A stretch of 64,000 nt of DNA, from assembly GCA_049513715.1 (NCBI GenBank), contig JBEKVV010000004.1, positions 177,452 through 241,451 of the forward strand, read 5' to 3'. Shown piece by piece: positions 47,721 through 57,679 of this stretch. This DNA comes from Candidatus Bathyarchaeia archaeon (GTDB lineage Archaea > Thermoproteota > Bathyarchaeia > 40CM-2-53-6). The notes below the pieces were generated by a model that saw only the letters and a program-made list of their open reading frames with translations, did not search any database and was not told where the DNA came from. The number at the start of each line of letters is the position of its first letter. Position 1 is the stretch's first letter. The position numbers and the translations under genes were made by a program.

Positions 47721-49355
47721 CTACTCTGGGGGCACTGTCTTGAAAAGCAGATCTGTATCGATTCCATGGCGCTTGTTATACCATCTCGACAAATAGTAGA
47801 CTCCAATTCCTGCAACAGTTACGCCGACGAAAAGCACCAAACCAGTTGACAATGCAACATTGAAAACACCCGCTATGTGCTGTCCGTAGCTGGCGCCAAT
47901 GATGGGCCAAAACGCGTACAGGAAGAACAGCGGTATGCTGAAAAGGAGCCATATTATTCCGAGGATTGTTATCAGCGGAATACCGTATGTTCTTCTCATG
48001 GACTTTGGAATTAGCTCGTAGATGTCGGGCCGTCTGTACGGTAAGAGCACAGCATTTACCCCGGGCAGTATCCAGACGAACATTGAAAGCAAAATGCTCG
48101 TTAACGATCCTGTAATGAATGTGTAACCGTAGACGGACCCCATGAAGGAAACGTACCAGATCGCAACGAAGAGGATTATCAGTCGCATTGGTTGCTTGGT
48201 TCTGCTATTGATCGTAGATAAGCGGGTCGGTATGAGCCTGTCCATGGCCCATGCAAAAGCCGTCCTACTAGCTGTTGCGATCCAAGCTATGGCGAGTCCG
48301 AATCCGATCAGAAACGACCCGAGTGCCGAGATAGCCATGAGTCCCGCCACATCGGGCTTAGCGATCGCGACGTAGGCTTGAGCGAGGGGCAAGAAGGGGG
48401 CCGTCCCCGTAGTATAGAACAAATAGGACAAAGCAGCAAGGAAATTGAAACCGAAAGTGTTGACGAAAACCTGAACGAAGACGGTGTGGATTACAATGAC
48501 AACAAGACATGTGACGCTGAATGCAATGACTATGCTCTTGCCCACATTGCCTTTAAGCTCTCCAGCGATGAAGCCAGTGTATTGGAAGCCAACGAATTCC
48601 AGTAGGCCAACGCCTAGTACGAGGCCAATTGTACTCCAACTGAATGTTCCTACGCTAAAACCGGCGGAAGTGGCCTCGTTGATAAGGCCTTGGACTGTCT
48701 TTCCCGTATAATGCTGAAGGTTGGTCGCAAATACGTTGGTGTTAATGCCGAACATGAATGGGATAATCAAAGCGGACAGGATTAGCCCGGTGAACACTAT
48801 GATTGCGTTTATGGTGTGGAATCTTCGTGTGGGCTGTATGGATACGATCAATATCACCGCCATCACAATCGTACCAACAATAGTCATTCCAGTGGGCTGC
48901 GAAAGGAAGGTAGACCAAGTATTCCAAGGCTCAGGGGATGAAAATCCTATGATTTGCATCGCCCCACTGATATTGTAGATAAGGACGCTGAGTCCATATC
49001 CCATAAAGGCAAATATCGAGAAGATGAATGTCCAACTCTCTACGAAACCCATTAAGGGAGACGTGATTCTTGTCGTGTAAACTTGGTCGCCACCGCTTCG
49101 CGGCAACGCAGAAGCCAAAACCGCATAAATCGGCGAAAGAATAAACATCGTGAATATTCCCGCCACTAGAACACCCCAGCTCAGTGATGACCAACCTGCC
49201 ACCAAGAATGCCGGGAGTAAGGTGAAAAACACTAGTACCCACGCAGGTTCCCAGGCAACAGCTGCACCAAGACTGAAAGCAAGTGCTTTCGTTGCGCTGA
49301 CTTCTCTAACTAGACCAGAAGCGGCTCTTACGTACAGTTTCGGTTCTTTGTCCAT
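47721..49355 (-). CDS. APC-family amino acid permease
   Basis: RAASGLVRE, PRSGG, SRTAFAWAMDRLIP; 12 or more TM helices. Confidence 0.9.
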   Translation of the reverse strand: MDKEPKLYVRAASGLVREVSATKALAFSLGAAVAWEPAWVLVFFTLLPAFLVAGWSSLSWGVLVAGIFTMFILSPIYAVLASALPRSGGDQVYTTRITSPLMGFVESWTFIFSIFAFMGYGLSVLIYNISGAMQIIGFSSPEPWNTWSTFLSQPTGMTIVGTIVMAVILIVSIQPTRRFHTINAIIVFTGLILSALIIPFMFGINTNVFATNLQHYTGKTVQGLINEATSAGFSVGTFSWSTIGLVLGVGLLEFVGFQYTGFIAGELKGNVGKSIVIAFSVTCLVVIVIHTVFVQVFVNTFGFNFLAALSYLFYTTGTAPFLPLAQAYVAIAKPDVAGLMAISALGSFLIGFGLAIAWIATASRTAFAWAMDRLIPTRLSTINSRTKQPMRLIILFVAIWYVSFMGSVYGYTFITGSLTSILLSMFVWILPGVNAVLLPYRRPDIYELIPKSMRRTYGIPLITILGIIWLLFSIPLFFLYAFWPIIGASYGQHIAGVFNVALSTGLVLFVGVTVAGIGVYYLSRWYNKRHGIDTDLLFKTVPPE

Positions 49356-49558
49356 CGACTTGAACCGAAGCGTACTCGCCCGTTTGGCTTATGTCACTTT
49401 GGTCCTGTCTCTATATGTCTTACAAAATTGTATATGCCTGCCAGCGTGCCCTACATAGAAGTTGAAGTGAGCAAGTAGGAGTGCCTGCCTGGCCACTCCA
49501 ATCGATGCATCCACCAGGTTCGGCGCCTTCAAACCACGTAGTGTAGCATTACTGGCGA

Positions 49559-51133
49559 TCATTCTGTCCACGAAGAATGCTTCTCGTAAACCGTGTTTCC
49601 GGCAACTATTGTCATTAGGACTCCGATGTCTCTGATTTCTTCTGGGTTGCAGGCGTATGGGTCGTTAGATAAGACCACTAGGTCAGCGAATTTTCCAACC
49701 TCGATACTGCCTTTTTCATGCTCTTCAAATGCTATTTTGGCACCGTTTATTGTGAACATTCTCAACGCGTCTTTCACACTTACGCGTTGCTCGACATTAG
49801 GATGATTGACCAGTGAGTGAATCCCAAATATCGGGTTCCAACGTGTCACGGGGCTGTCTGAGCCGCCAGCGATCACTATTCCCAATTTCAAGAGGTCGTT
49901 GTAGGAGTGCGCTCGCTCCATTCTTTCCTCCCCTAGGTACCCCTTGTACTTGCCCTCTTTTCCGCCCCAAAGATAGATGAAGGCGGGTTGCATCGACAGG
50001 TACACTCCAAGTCTAGCCACCCGGCTATTCTGTTCACTGGTCGCGAGTTCGTAGTGCTCGAGTCTGTGACGGTGATCGTTTCTTGGGTGCTTCTTGAGAG
50101 CCGTTTCGTAAGCGTCTAGCACCTGGTCAATTGTCGAATCAGATTCACAGTGTATTGCAAGCTGCAAACCAGCTTTGTGGACCTTCAGGACAAGGTCGTT
50201 CATCGCTTCCTGCGTGTAGTAGAGCATGCCTTTTGTGGACTGGTCGTCAGTATACGGCTCAAACAGGGCAGCGGTATGCGTTTCAATAGCTCCGTCCGCC
50301 AGCACCTTCACTCCAGCCTTTGTGCGTGTTGATTCAATGTCTCTGTCAATGTCTCCGGTCACGAATGGGTACAATACCACTCTCACGGGCAGTTGCCCGG
50401 CCACTTCTTCGATTATCCGCACGTTTCGTGTGCCAAGTGGTTCTCCCACAGTTTGAATGGTCGTAAGCCCGATCTTCGTCGCGTCATCCGCTGCCAGTCT
50501 AATTACTTGCCTGAAGTCGTCATCGGTCATCAAACCCATTAGCTTGGGATGGGCGGTTTCTATCACTGGGTCCCTCAATACACCGGTAGGTGCCCCTGTT
50601 TTGGGATCTTTGTCGACGCCGGGCTCGTTGCCCGACAAGCCGAGATACTGCAAGCTTTTCGTGTTAATGGCAGACGAGTGGGCAGTAACGTGCGTGATCA
50701 TGACCAAGTGATTTGGCGCTACCTCATCCAGTTCGAATCTTGTAGGATACCTTTTTTCGGGATATTTGGCATCGTCTAAGCCGAACCCCAAGAGCAACTT
50801 CTTTTCAGGAAGCCTTTGGGCGTACTCCTGCACCTTTTCCAAGAGACTCTTGACAGATTGTATATCGAACAAATTTAGTGAAGAAAGGAACATACCCGTG
50901 TACGTCAAATGTGCATGCGCGTCTATGAATCCGGGCAGTACCGTTTTTCCCTCAATGTCTATGACCTTTGTTGTCTCGCTTATTGAGCGAGAGATCTCTT
51001 CCTTTGACCCGACAGCAAGAATCTTGCCGTCCCGAATGGCGACGCCTTGGGCCCGTGAGTTGAAAGAATCCATTGTAATGACGTTGGCATTTACAAGAAC
51101 AGTGTCTGCTTTCTCCTGATCACTGCCCAACAT
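49559..51133 (-). CDS. YtcJ-like amidohydrolase (amidohydrolase 3)
   Basis: PGFIDAHAH, KVLADG, RLEH, GSDSP, GKFADLVVL. Confidence 0.9.
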   Translation of the reverse strand: MLGSDQEKADTVLVNANVITMDSFNSRAQGVAIRDGKILAVGSKEEISRSISETTKVIDIEGKTVLPGFIDAHAHLTYTGMFLSSLNLFDIQSVKSLLEKVQEYAQRLPEKKLLLGFGLDDAKYPEKRYPTRFELDEVAPNHLVMITHVTAHSSAINTKSLQYLGLSGNEPGVDKDPKTGAPTGVLRDPVIETAHPKLMGLMTDDDFRQVIRLAADDATKIGLTTIQTVGEPLGTRNVRIIEEVAGQLPVRVVLYPFVTGDIDRDIESTRTKAGVKVLADGAIETHTAALFEPYTDDQSTKGMLYYTQEAMNDLVLKVHKAGLQLAIHCESDSTIDQVLDAYETALKKHPRNDHRHRLEHYELATSEQNSRVARLGVYLSMQPAFIYLWGGKEGKYKGYLGEERMERAHSYNDLLKLGIVIAGGSDSPVTRWNPIFGIHSLVNHPNVEQRVSVKDALRMFTINGAKIAFEEHEKGSIEVGKFADLVVLSNDPYACNPEEIRDIGVLMTIVAGNTVYEKHSSWTE

Positions 51134-51248
51134 ACCGCGATGATTGGCTTTGGTTGGATAAGCGTTTTACCGTCATGAAACCTCGGGCCTCGTCCCCGCT
51201 TTCGAAAGCTTAACTAGAGCATTCTCAGCAACGAACTGGGAGAAGTAT

Positions 51249-52466
51249 TTGGATCCCAAAGTTCTCAGACGTAAAAGAGAACGCTCCGTGAGATTACTGA
51301 AAGAGCTTATTGCGATACCTAGCTCGAACCCACACGTCTCTGATAAAGACGAAAGGGAGATTGCGAGATTCCTCCGAGAAGAACTCGAAAACTCCGGTCT
51401 GGAAGTCAAGCTTCAACAGGTTACAAGCAAGCCATACTGGGCGTATGAGGGAGGAAGAAGCCGTACTCGTCCCAACGTAATTGCGAGGACTGGAACAAAA
51501 GGAGGGAGAAAACTGATCTTGAACGGCCACATCGACACCGTCTCAGGCTCCACAATGAAACACCCATTTGAACCCCGCGCCGAAGGCGATAGATTGTATG
51601 GGCGGGGTAGCGCCGATATGAAAGGGGGAGTCGCGGCCATTGTCGCTGCTGCGGAGGCGATTCAACAGTCAGGGCGGAATTTGAAAGGTGAACTCGTGCT
51701 CTCGCTGGTAGTAGATGAGGAAACACTCGGAAAAGGAACAATTGACTTCTTGAAAGCAGAGCAGGGTGATTTCGCAATTGTAGCTGAACCCACCCAGAAT
51801 ACACTGGGCATCGCGCAAGCGGGCTATCTCGACTTCAACATCTACTCCAAAGGCGATTCTAGGCATGGCCAAACAACGCTCCCCAGCGCATGGGCGAGCG
51901 CCTTCGTTGAGGCAACGAACGTTTGCAACAAGATACTATCTGATGATAAGATCATCCGGGAGAGACGCGGCCGCCTAGGGATGGAAACAACATTCAACTT
52001 CTCGCCGACTACCTTCACGCCACCTCCGTCGCTCGCCTGGATGACAATGGAAGAGTTCAGGGTCAACTGCCTTCTCGGACTCATTCCGGAGAGGACGCTC
52101 GCAAGGTCTGCAAGAACCGCGAAAGCAATAGTGAGGAGGATCAAAGATATGATCCGGGAAACCAACAAGGAGGGCCAAAGAAACACGTTCGAACTGGTGG
52201 ACCTGAAGCCTGGATTCGTTCAGCGGAGAAACGCATACACAAAAGCCTTTGAAAACGCCATGCAAAGGGTTCTGCGGCATCACAAGCATAGCTACGTGCT
52301 AAGTTTCTGTGACGCCACATACATTTATCGTGCAAACATACCGACAATTCTCTTCGGCCCAGGAAAGATGGAGTTAGGGCACAGTACCAATGAATACACT
52401 AGCATCCGACAAGTGAAAGACGCGACCAGCGTTTTCGCGCATGCGATCGACAACATTCTGGGATGA
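51249..52466 (+). CDS. M20 metallopeptidase (acetylornithine deacetylase-like)
   Basis: NGHIDTV, GRGSADMKGG, DEE, AEPT, GPG..GHSTNE. Confidence 0.88.
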   Translation: MDPKVLRRKRERSVRLLKELIAIPSSNPHVSDKDEREIARFLREELENSGLEVKLQQVTSKPYWAYEGGRSRTRPNVIARTGTKGGRKLILNGHIDTVSGSTMKHPFEPRAEGDRLYGRGSADMKGGVAAIVAAAEAIQQSGRNLKGELVLSLVVDEETLGKGTIDFLKAEQGDFAIVAEPTQNTLGIAQAGYLDFNIYSKGDSRHGQTTLPSAWASAFVEATNVCNKILSDDKIIRERRGRLGMETTFNFSPTTFTPPPSLAWMTMEEFRVNCLLGLIPERTLARSARTAKAIVRRIKDMIRETNKEGQRNTFELVDLKPGFVQRRNAYTKAFENAMQRVLRHHKHSYVLSFCDATYIYRANIPTILFGPGKMELGHSTNEYTSIRQVKDATSVFAHAIDNILG

Positions 52467-52658
52467 CATGAGCCTCCTGTGAATCTACAGAGTCGCGGCC
52501 CGTCTAGATACACCATCTAGGTAACTGACGACGTGCGCCTCGGGACGATACTTTCCGACTTAGATGCTAGTAAGGATTAACGCGCTACTCCTGCGGATCT
52601 CTTCAGCTGGTTTCAACCAAAGCAATTACATGCGTGGCTCACTTGATTGACAAAGTAG

Positions 52659-53186
52659 GTGGGTTACGTGAAAACGGTCGGTATTGATGAAAGGACGGTC
52701 GAAGACCGGAGGGAAATGGAGGAGATACTTCTCGCTGCCAAGGTAGGTCGTTTGGGCATATGCTGGAATGGTCAACCGTTGATTATCCCGGTGAATTTCG
52801 TCTACGAAAACGGTGCTATCTACTTCCATGGTTCAGATCTGGGGTTGAAAACTGAATTCCTACGAAGAAATCCTGATGTCTGCTTTGAGGTAGACGAATT
52901 CTGGGGCACGGTCCCCGCATCGGTACCTTGCGAATACGATACTGCGTACCGAAGCGTTGTTGTTTCTGGTACGGCTCAGGTTCTGTCAAGTCCGGAGGAG
53001 AAGACGGTTCCACTTCGACTCATTGTCGCGAAATATGCCGGGCAGGATGCGGCCAAGGGTTTGACACCTCTCATGGTTGAAGAGTATCGTTCCTCGCGTG
53101 GCCGGGAAACAGCGGTCGTAAAAATCAGAGTCAAGGCAATGACCGGCAAACGCTCAACCGAGAAACCCACAAGAAAAGTTGAATGA
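52659..53186 (+). CDS. Pyridoxamine 5'-phosphate oxidase-like (NimA-type) flavin-binding protein
   Basis: IYFHGS..G.K..NPDVCFEVD..YRSVV..MTGK. Confidence 0.85.
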   Translation: MGYVKTVGIDERTVEDRREMEEILLAAKVGRLGICWNGQPLIIPVNFVYENGAIYFHGSDLGLKTEFLRRNPDVCFEVDEFWGTVPASVPCEYDTAYRSVVVSGTAQVLSSPEEKTVPLRLIVAKYAGQDAAKGLTPLMVEEYRSSRGRETAVVKIRVKAMTGKRSTEKPTRKVE

Positions 53187-53242
53187 CACAGATCTACCGT
53201 TAAATTGTGGTATGCTTGCCTCCGATTTCATGATAAGGAGCC

Positions 53243-53290
53243 TATATGTACCGGTAAATTGGGGTTGAAATCCCCTTCTCCATCTCTGAG
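53243..53290 (+). repeat. Repeat B1
   Basis: TATATGTACCGGTAAATTGGGGTTGAAATCCCCTTCTCCATCTCTGAG. Confidence 0.9.
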
Positions 53291-53500
53291 GATTGGAGTC
53301 AGGGTTGTATCGGCTAGATGCCTAGATAATCGAACGAACTTGTGTGTAGTCTTCTTCTCGAAAGGAACGTTCTTGACTCAATCCTGTGTCGGGGCCTGAC
53401 AGGTTCGCGTAATAGCTGCCCTGCCGCTCTATGATCCGTTGGCTGTGAAGTTGCGAGCAAAGTTGGTATTCGTCGTTCACCAAGATTGTAACGGTATCCA

Positions 53501-54106
53501 GTGTCATCCTCATTCTCTTCAAGGCTCGAGAGCAGGTTGGGTATTCACCAGCGACCACTCAAAGAACAATTAGCTGTAGTTATCTACCGAATTCGAACTC
53601 AACGCAACAAGATCGAATCCATGAACCTAATGATGCAGCATCGCGACAAGGAGTTCTTCGACAAATGTGTCGCAGCCCGCTCCGTAGGCGACATGCCACG
53701 CGCCAACCTCTACGCGGAGGAATGCGCTGAGGTCAGGAAGATGGCTAAAATCGCCCTAAACTCCGAACTTGCACTGGAACAGTTGATCTTCAAACTCGAG
53801 ACGGCTGAAATGATGGGCGACATAGCTTACTTGGTCCACCCAATCAAGAGCGTGGTTGCCTCCGTTGGACAGCAAATTCAACAAATGATGCCTGACGTCT
53901 CCTTCGAGCTAAATCAAATCAATGAAAGCCTGGAAGGCATAGTCGTCAACGCTGGTGAGGTGACGGAAAGCATGGCGCCCGCAGGTTTCCAATCGCCTGA
54001 AGCGGATAAGATAATGCAAGAAGCTGACACGCTCGCTGAGCAGAAGATAAAATCCAGATTCCCAGAACTCCACCCCATCCCCACCGCTGAATCCACAGGT
54101 AGCTGA
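53501..54106 (+). CDS. ESCRT-III/Snf7 (CdvB-like) paralogue
   Basis: RDKEFFDKCV..RANLYAEECAEVRKMAK..LALEQ..KLET..EADKIMQEA..FPEL. Confidence 0.85.
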   Translation: MSSSFSSRLESRLGIHQRPLKEQLAVVIYRIRTQRNKIESMNLMMQHRDKEFFDKCVAARSVGDMPRANLYAEECAEVRKMAKIALNSELALEQLIFKLETAEMMGDIAYLVHPIKSVVASVGQQIQQMMPDVSFELNQINESLEGIVVNAGEVTESMAPAGFQSPEADKIMQEADTLAEQKIKSRFPELHPIPTAESTGS

Positions 54107-54154
54107 AAAGAGCCTAGCTTAGCCTAAGCCCTAGGGGACCTACGCGACTCACTC

Positions 54155-54202
54155 TATATGCACCGGTAAATTGGTGCTGAAATCCCCTGCTCCACCGCTG
54201 AG
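54155..54202 (+). repeat. Repeat B2
   Basis: TATATGCACCGGTAAATTGGTGCTGAAATCCCCTGCTCCACCGCTGAG. Confidence 0.9.
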
Positions 54203-54301
54203 CTCAACTGAGATAAGATAGTGGGCGTATTGGATTTGCTTCTTCGTAGAGACTGAATTCAACGGACTTGATTCGGTCTGCAAGGCAGGGATACTGAAAC
54301 A

Positions 54302-54649
54302 ATGCCTAAGGTGCTTTTTGTCTGTACAGCCAATCTTCAACGAAGTCCTACTGCAAAGGACCTCTTTCAAAACTGGAATGGAGTATGGGAAACGGAATCG
54401 GCGGGAACAATGCCCTTGCCGGGACGCAACGATTTGACTCAACAGCTAGTCGACTGGGCGGACTTAATCATAGTTATGGAACCACACCACGCCGAACACA
54501 TTCAAACTCATTTCAAAACCAATCCAGACAAGATCAAAGTACTGAACATACCTGACAGATACTTCCGCAACGAACCTGAACTCGTTCAAGAACTCAAGAA
54601 CAAAGTCACCCCAATTCTCGAAACCTGGAAGCCCAATTCCAAACTCTAG
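54302..54649 (+). CDS. Low-molecular-weight phosphotyrosine phosphatase-like protein
   Basis: VLFVCTANLQRSPTA, ESAG, WADLIIVME, LNIPD. Confidence 0.88.
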   Translation: MPKVLFVCTANLQRSPTAKDLFQNWNGVWETESAGTMPLPGRNDLTQQLVDWADLIIVMEPHHAEHIQTHFKTNPDKIKVLNIPDRYFRNEPELVQELKNKVTPILETWKPNSKL

Positions 54650-54659
54650 AAAGAGGAGG

Positions 54660-54696
54660 AAATTGGGGCCAAAATCCCCTGTTAGATCTCTGAGGA
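54660..54696 (+). repeat. Repeat B3 (5'-truncated)
   Basis: AAATTGGGGCCAAAATCCCCTGTTAGATCTCTGAGGA. Confidence 0.75.
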
Positions 54697-54782
54697 CTGA
54701 CAAAGGGACCTGTGGATCTCATTGTTGGCATCGAAGTGCTACAAGTAAATCCTACGATATTCCGTGATCGAGAGGAGTCCCG

Positions 54783-55226
54783 ATGTCAGAAGCTTACAGG
54801 TCTAGTGTTAGATTGTATTGGATGGCGAAAGAAACAGATGAACCAAACCGGGCGTTTAATGTCGAGTCCGCAAGGCTGTCCGTTCATGAGAACTATCACA
54901 ACTGCCTGAGAATTCTGGCCATTTACAGCAGGACGCATGGAGGTTCAGTTGTGGCGCATGGAATATGGGGTGGCCGCAAAATACTGGGGCTTGGATTCCA
55001 AGGTAAGAACGTGACAATTGGAGTTGTGCAAGGAAGCCGTATCGAGCGAGGAATAACACACGAGATTAGGAATCCCTATGATCTAAGAAGGTACCTGGAA
55101 AACACGGTAGGTTTTTCAGTAGCGAATCTCAACGAACGGACCTTCGAAAAGGCCTTGGAGCAATTGAAGAAGATCGAATCTGAATGGAACATCGAGATTT
55201 CTCCTGAGGAAACCAAGAAATGGTAG
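54783..55226 (+). CDS. Hypothetical protein
   Basis: 147 aa ORF between repeats B3 and B4; no recognisable motif. Confidence 0.55.
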   Translation: MSEAYRSSVRLYWMAKETDEPNRAFNVESARLSVHENYHNCLRILAIYSRTHGGSVVAHGIWGGRKILGLGFQGKNVTIGVVQGSRIERGITHEIRNPYDLRRYLENTVGFSVANLNERTFEKALEQLKKIESEWNIEISPEETKKW

Positions 55227-55295
55227 CCCACAACTCCCGCAGCGACTTTTCCAGCAAAGACCTCAAGCACTGACATTCCTGACTACCGGCTGATC

Positions 55296-55336
55296 TGTAC
55301 CGGTAAATTGGGGTCAGAATCTCCTCCCCCGCACCA
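55296..55336 (+). repeat. Repeat B4 (ends in CCCCCGCACCA)
   Basis: TGTACCGGTAAATTGGGGTCAGAATCTCCTCCCCCGCACCA. Confidence 0.85.
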
Positions 55337-55611
55337 AAATGAAAAATGAAAATAATACTGGCCTGTGAGACCTGCAGCCCAAAGAGAGGACACCATATTC
55401 ATTGGTGCAAACGCTTTTCGTAGTTTCCATTGTTTTCCGGAGGTCACTAAGAACACTGGGCTATGCTTGGTTTTCATTTCGATGGACGTGTGATTCTCTT
55501 TCGTGGAGTTGCACAGAAAGCCCTCTATATTGAGAACATTTCCCCTAATCAAGAGCTGCAATGCCGCGTCTGTGTTCTTGTAGGCAGGGCACATTGGAAG
55601 GTTGACGGAAA

Positions 55612-57495
55612 TTGGTGTACGGGTATAATGGCAAGATAGCCCGAGTGAACCTTCAAGCGCGGACCATGAAGGTTGAGAACCCGGACGATGCAGTGTATAA
55701 ACAATATCTTGGCGGAAGAGGGCTAGGCGCGTATTATTTGTTCCGCGAGCTTACCCCGAAAATTGATCCGTTGGGACATGAGAATATCATTATTGTGGCT
55801 CCGAGCGTTATCACGGGAATTCCCATCGCTGGAATGTCTAGGTGTAGTATAGTCTCGAAATCGCCGTTGACAGGTACCTACGGTGAGACGGAAGCTGGCG
55901 GATTTTTCGGCGCAGAACTGAAAGCCGCAGGATTCGACGCGCTGATCATCGAAGGTCGGTCAGAGAAACCTGTTTACTTGTTCGTGCATGATGGAGAGAT
56001 AGACTTCAACGACGCCTCAACCATGTGGGGCAAGACGACTAAAGATGCTCAAACCGAAATACGCGAGCAAGTGAAAGACCGACACGCTCGCATCGACCTG
56101 ATTGGCCCGGCAGGCGAGAACCTTGTTCGATACGCATGCGTACTCAACGAGCTAAAATTCGCGCATGGCCGCGGTGGTCTCGGCGCCGTGATGGGTTCAA
56201 AGAAACTAAAAGCAATCGCAGCCCGTGGAACTAAGAAACCTGAACTAGAGGATCCAGAGGCGATCCAACAAATTGCGAGGTGGATGGCGTCTCATTGGAA
56301 AGAGTTTCCTGGAGCTCTTACACGAAGTTCCCTTGGCACAGCCGATGCCGTGTTGCCCTTGAACGCCTTGGGCATACTGCCCACGAGAAACTTCCAAGGC
56401 GGGTTCTTCGAGCAGGCCTCAGCCGTGTCGGGACAGAAGATGGCCGAGACCATATTGACTCGAACCGATGGTTGTTACGCGTGCCAGATCAGGTGCAAGA
56501 GAGAAGTCACCGCGACCGAACCCTACGAAACCGAGCCTGAATATGGTGGCCCAGAATATGAAACAATAGTGGCTTTTGGTCCACTCTGCGACGTAGGCGA
56601 TTTGGGCGCGGTGTCGAAAGCGAATGAACTCTGCAATAGTTACGGGTTGGACACGATAAGTACTGGGAGCTCAATAGCGTTCGCTATAGAATGTTACGAG
56701 AACGGACTGTTAACCAAGACGGACACTGACGGTTTAGAACTGAACTGGGGAAACGCAGACGCAATCCTTCAACTAATCGACATGATAGCACATCGCCGGG
56801 GCATAGGAATCCTGCTCGGGGAAGGAGTCAAACGAGCCTCTGAAAAAATCGGGAAGGGCTCGAATCGATTCGCGCTTCACACGAAGGGAAAGGAGCTAGC
56901 TATGCATGACCCACGCGGCAAAACTGGAGTCGGCATAGGATACGCTGTGTCCCCCTCAGGGGCAGATCATATGCAGGCAGCACATGATCCCGTTTTTGGT
57001 AAGCCAACTAAATTCATGGAAATGGCAGGGATAACCGCGACTGTCGACACGCGTGACTTGGGCCCTGACAAGGTTAGAGCGTTCTTGTACGCACACCTGT
57101 GGTGGGGATTACTCGACTGTCTCGGGGCATGTAAGTTCGTATTCATCCCACACAATGCTGGCGTTCTAGACACGCAGCAACTCGTTGACATGGTCAATGC
57201 CTCAACGGGTTGGCAGATGAGCCTATGGAGCCTGATGAAGGCCAGTGAACGAGCCTTGAACCTGGCACGCGCATTCAATGTGCGGGAAGGATTCACCGCA
57301 TCCGACGACACATTACCCCCAAGGCTATTTGAGGAGATTCAGTTCGGCCCCAGCAAAGGCGCTAAGATCGACCGAGAACAATTCCAAAACGCGTTGCATC
57401 AATACTATGAGATGATGGGTTGGGATCGAATCACTGGTGCACCTACGGCCACAAAACTTCTTGAACTCGGACTTGGCTGGACCATCAATTCTTGA
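55612..57495 (+). CDS. aor: Tungsten-containing aldehyde:ferredoxin oxidoreductase family
   Basis: YLGGRG, KSPLTG, IGPAGEN, GRGGLGAVMGSK, CYACQIRC, PEYET, DTIS. Confidence 0.93.
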   Translation: MVYGYNGKIARVNLQARTMKVENPDDAVYKQYLGGRGLGAYYLFRELTPKIDPLGHENIIIVAPSVITGIPIAGMSRCSIVSKSPLTGTYGETEAGGFFGAELKAAGFDALIIEGRSEKPVYLFVHDGEIDFNDASTMWGKTTKDAQTEIREQVKDRHARIDLIGPAGENLVRYACVLNELKFAHGRGGLGAVMGSKKLKAIAARGTKKPELEDPEAIQQIARWMASHWKEFPGALTRSSLGTADAVLPLNALGILPTRNFQGGFFEQASAVSGQKMAETILTRTDGCYACQIRCKREVTATEPYETEPEYGGPEYETIVAFGPLCDVGDLGAVSKANELCNSYGLDTISTGSSIAFAIECYENGLLTKTDTDGLELNWGNADAILQLIDMIAHRRGIGILLGEGVKRASEKIGKGSNRFALHTKGKELAMHDPRGKTGVGIGYAVSPSGADHMQAAHDPVFGKPTKFMEMAGITATVDTRDLGPDKVRAFLYAHLWWGLLDCLGACKFVFIPHNAGVLDTQQLVDMVNASTGWQMSLWSLMKASERALNLARAFNVREGFTASDDTLPPRLFEEIQFGPSKGAKIDREQFQNALHQYYEMMGWDRITGAPTATKLLELGLGWTINS

Positions 57496-57631
57496 TGCAT
57501 AAAATTGCGTTGATGTAATGTATCGGCGAATGCCCCCTTAAATTATAGCATACTTCAAGAAACAACGACGATTCAAGCGGATTCAGTCTAGCCATGTTTC
57601 GTTCAGTTCTTCGCGATTTCCATCAATGGCT

Positions 57632-57678
57632 TATATGTACTGGTAAATTGGCGCTGAAATCCCCTGCCCCATCTCTGA
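57632..57678 (+). repeat. Repeat B5
   Basis: TATATGTACTGGTAAATTGGCGCTGAAATCCCCTGCCCCATCTCTGA. Confidence 0.9.
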
Positions 57679-57679
57679 T

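Noticed and set aside
55283..55594. Short ORFs spanning repeat B copies (also 53205, 54149, 57594, 59022)
   Set aside because: Their mutual similarity comes only from translating the non-coding repeat.
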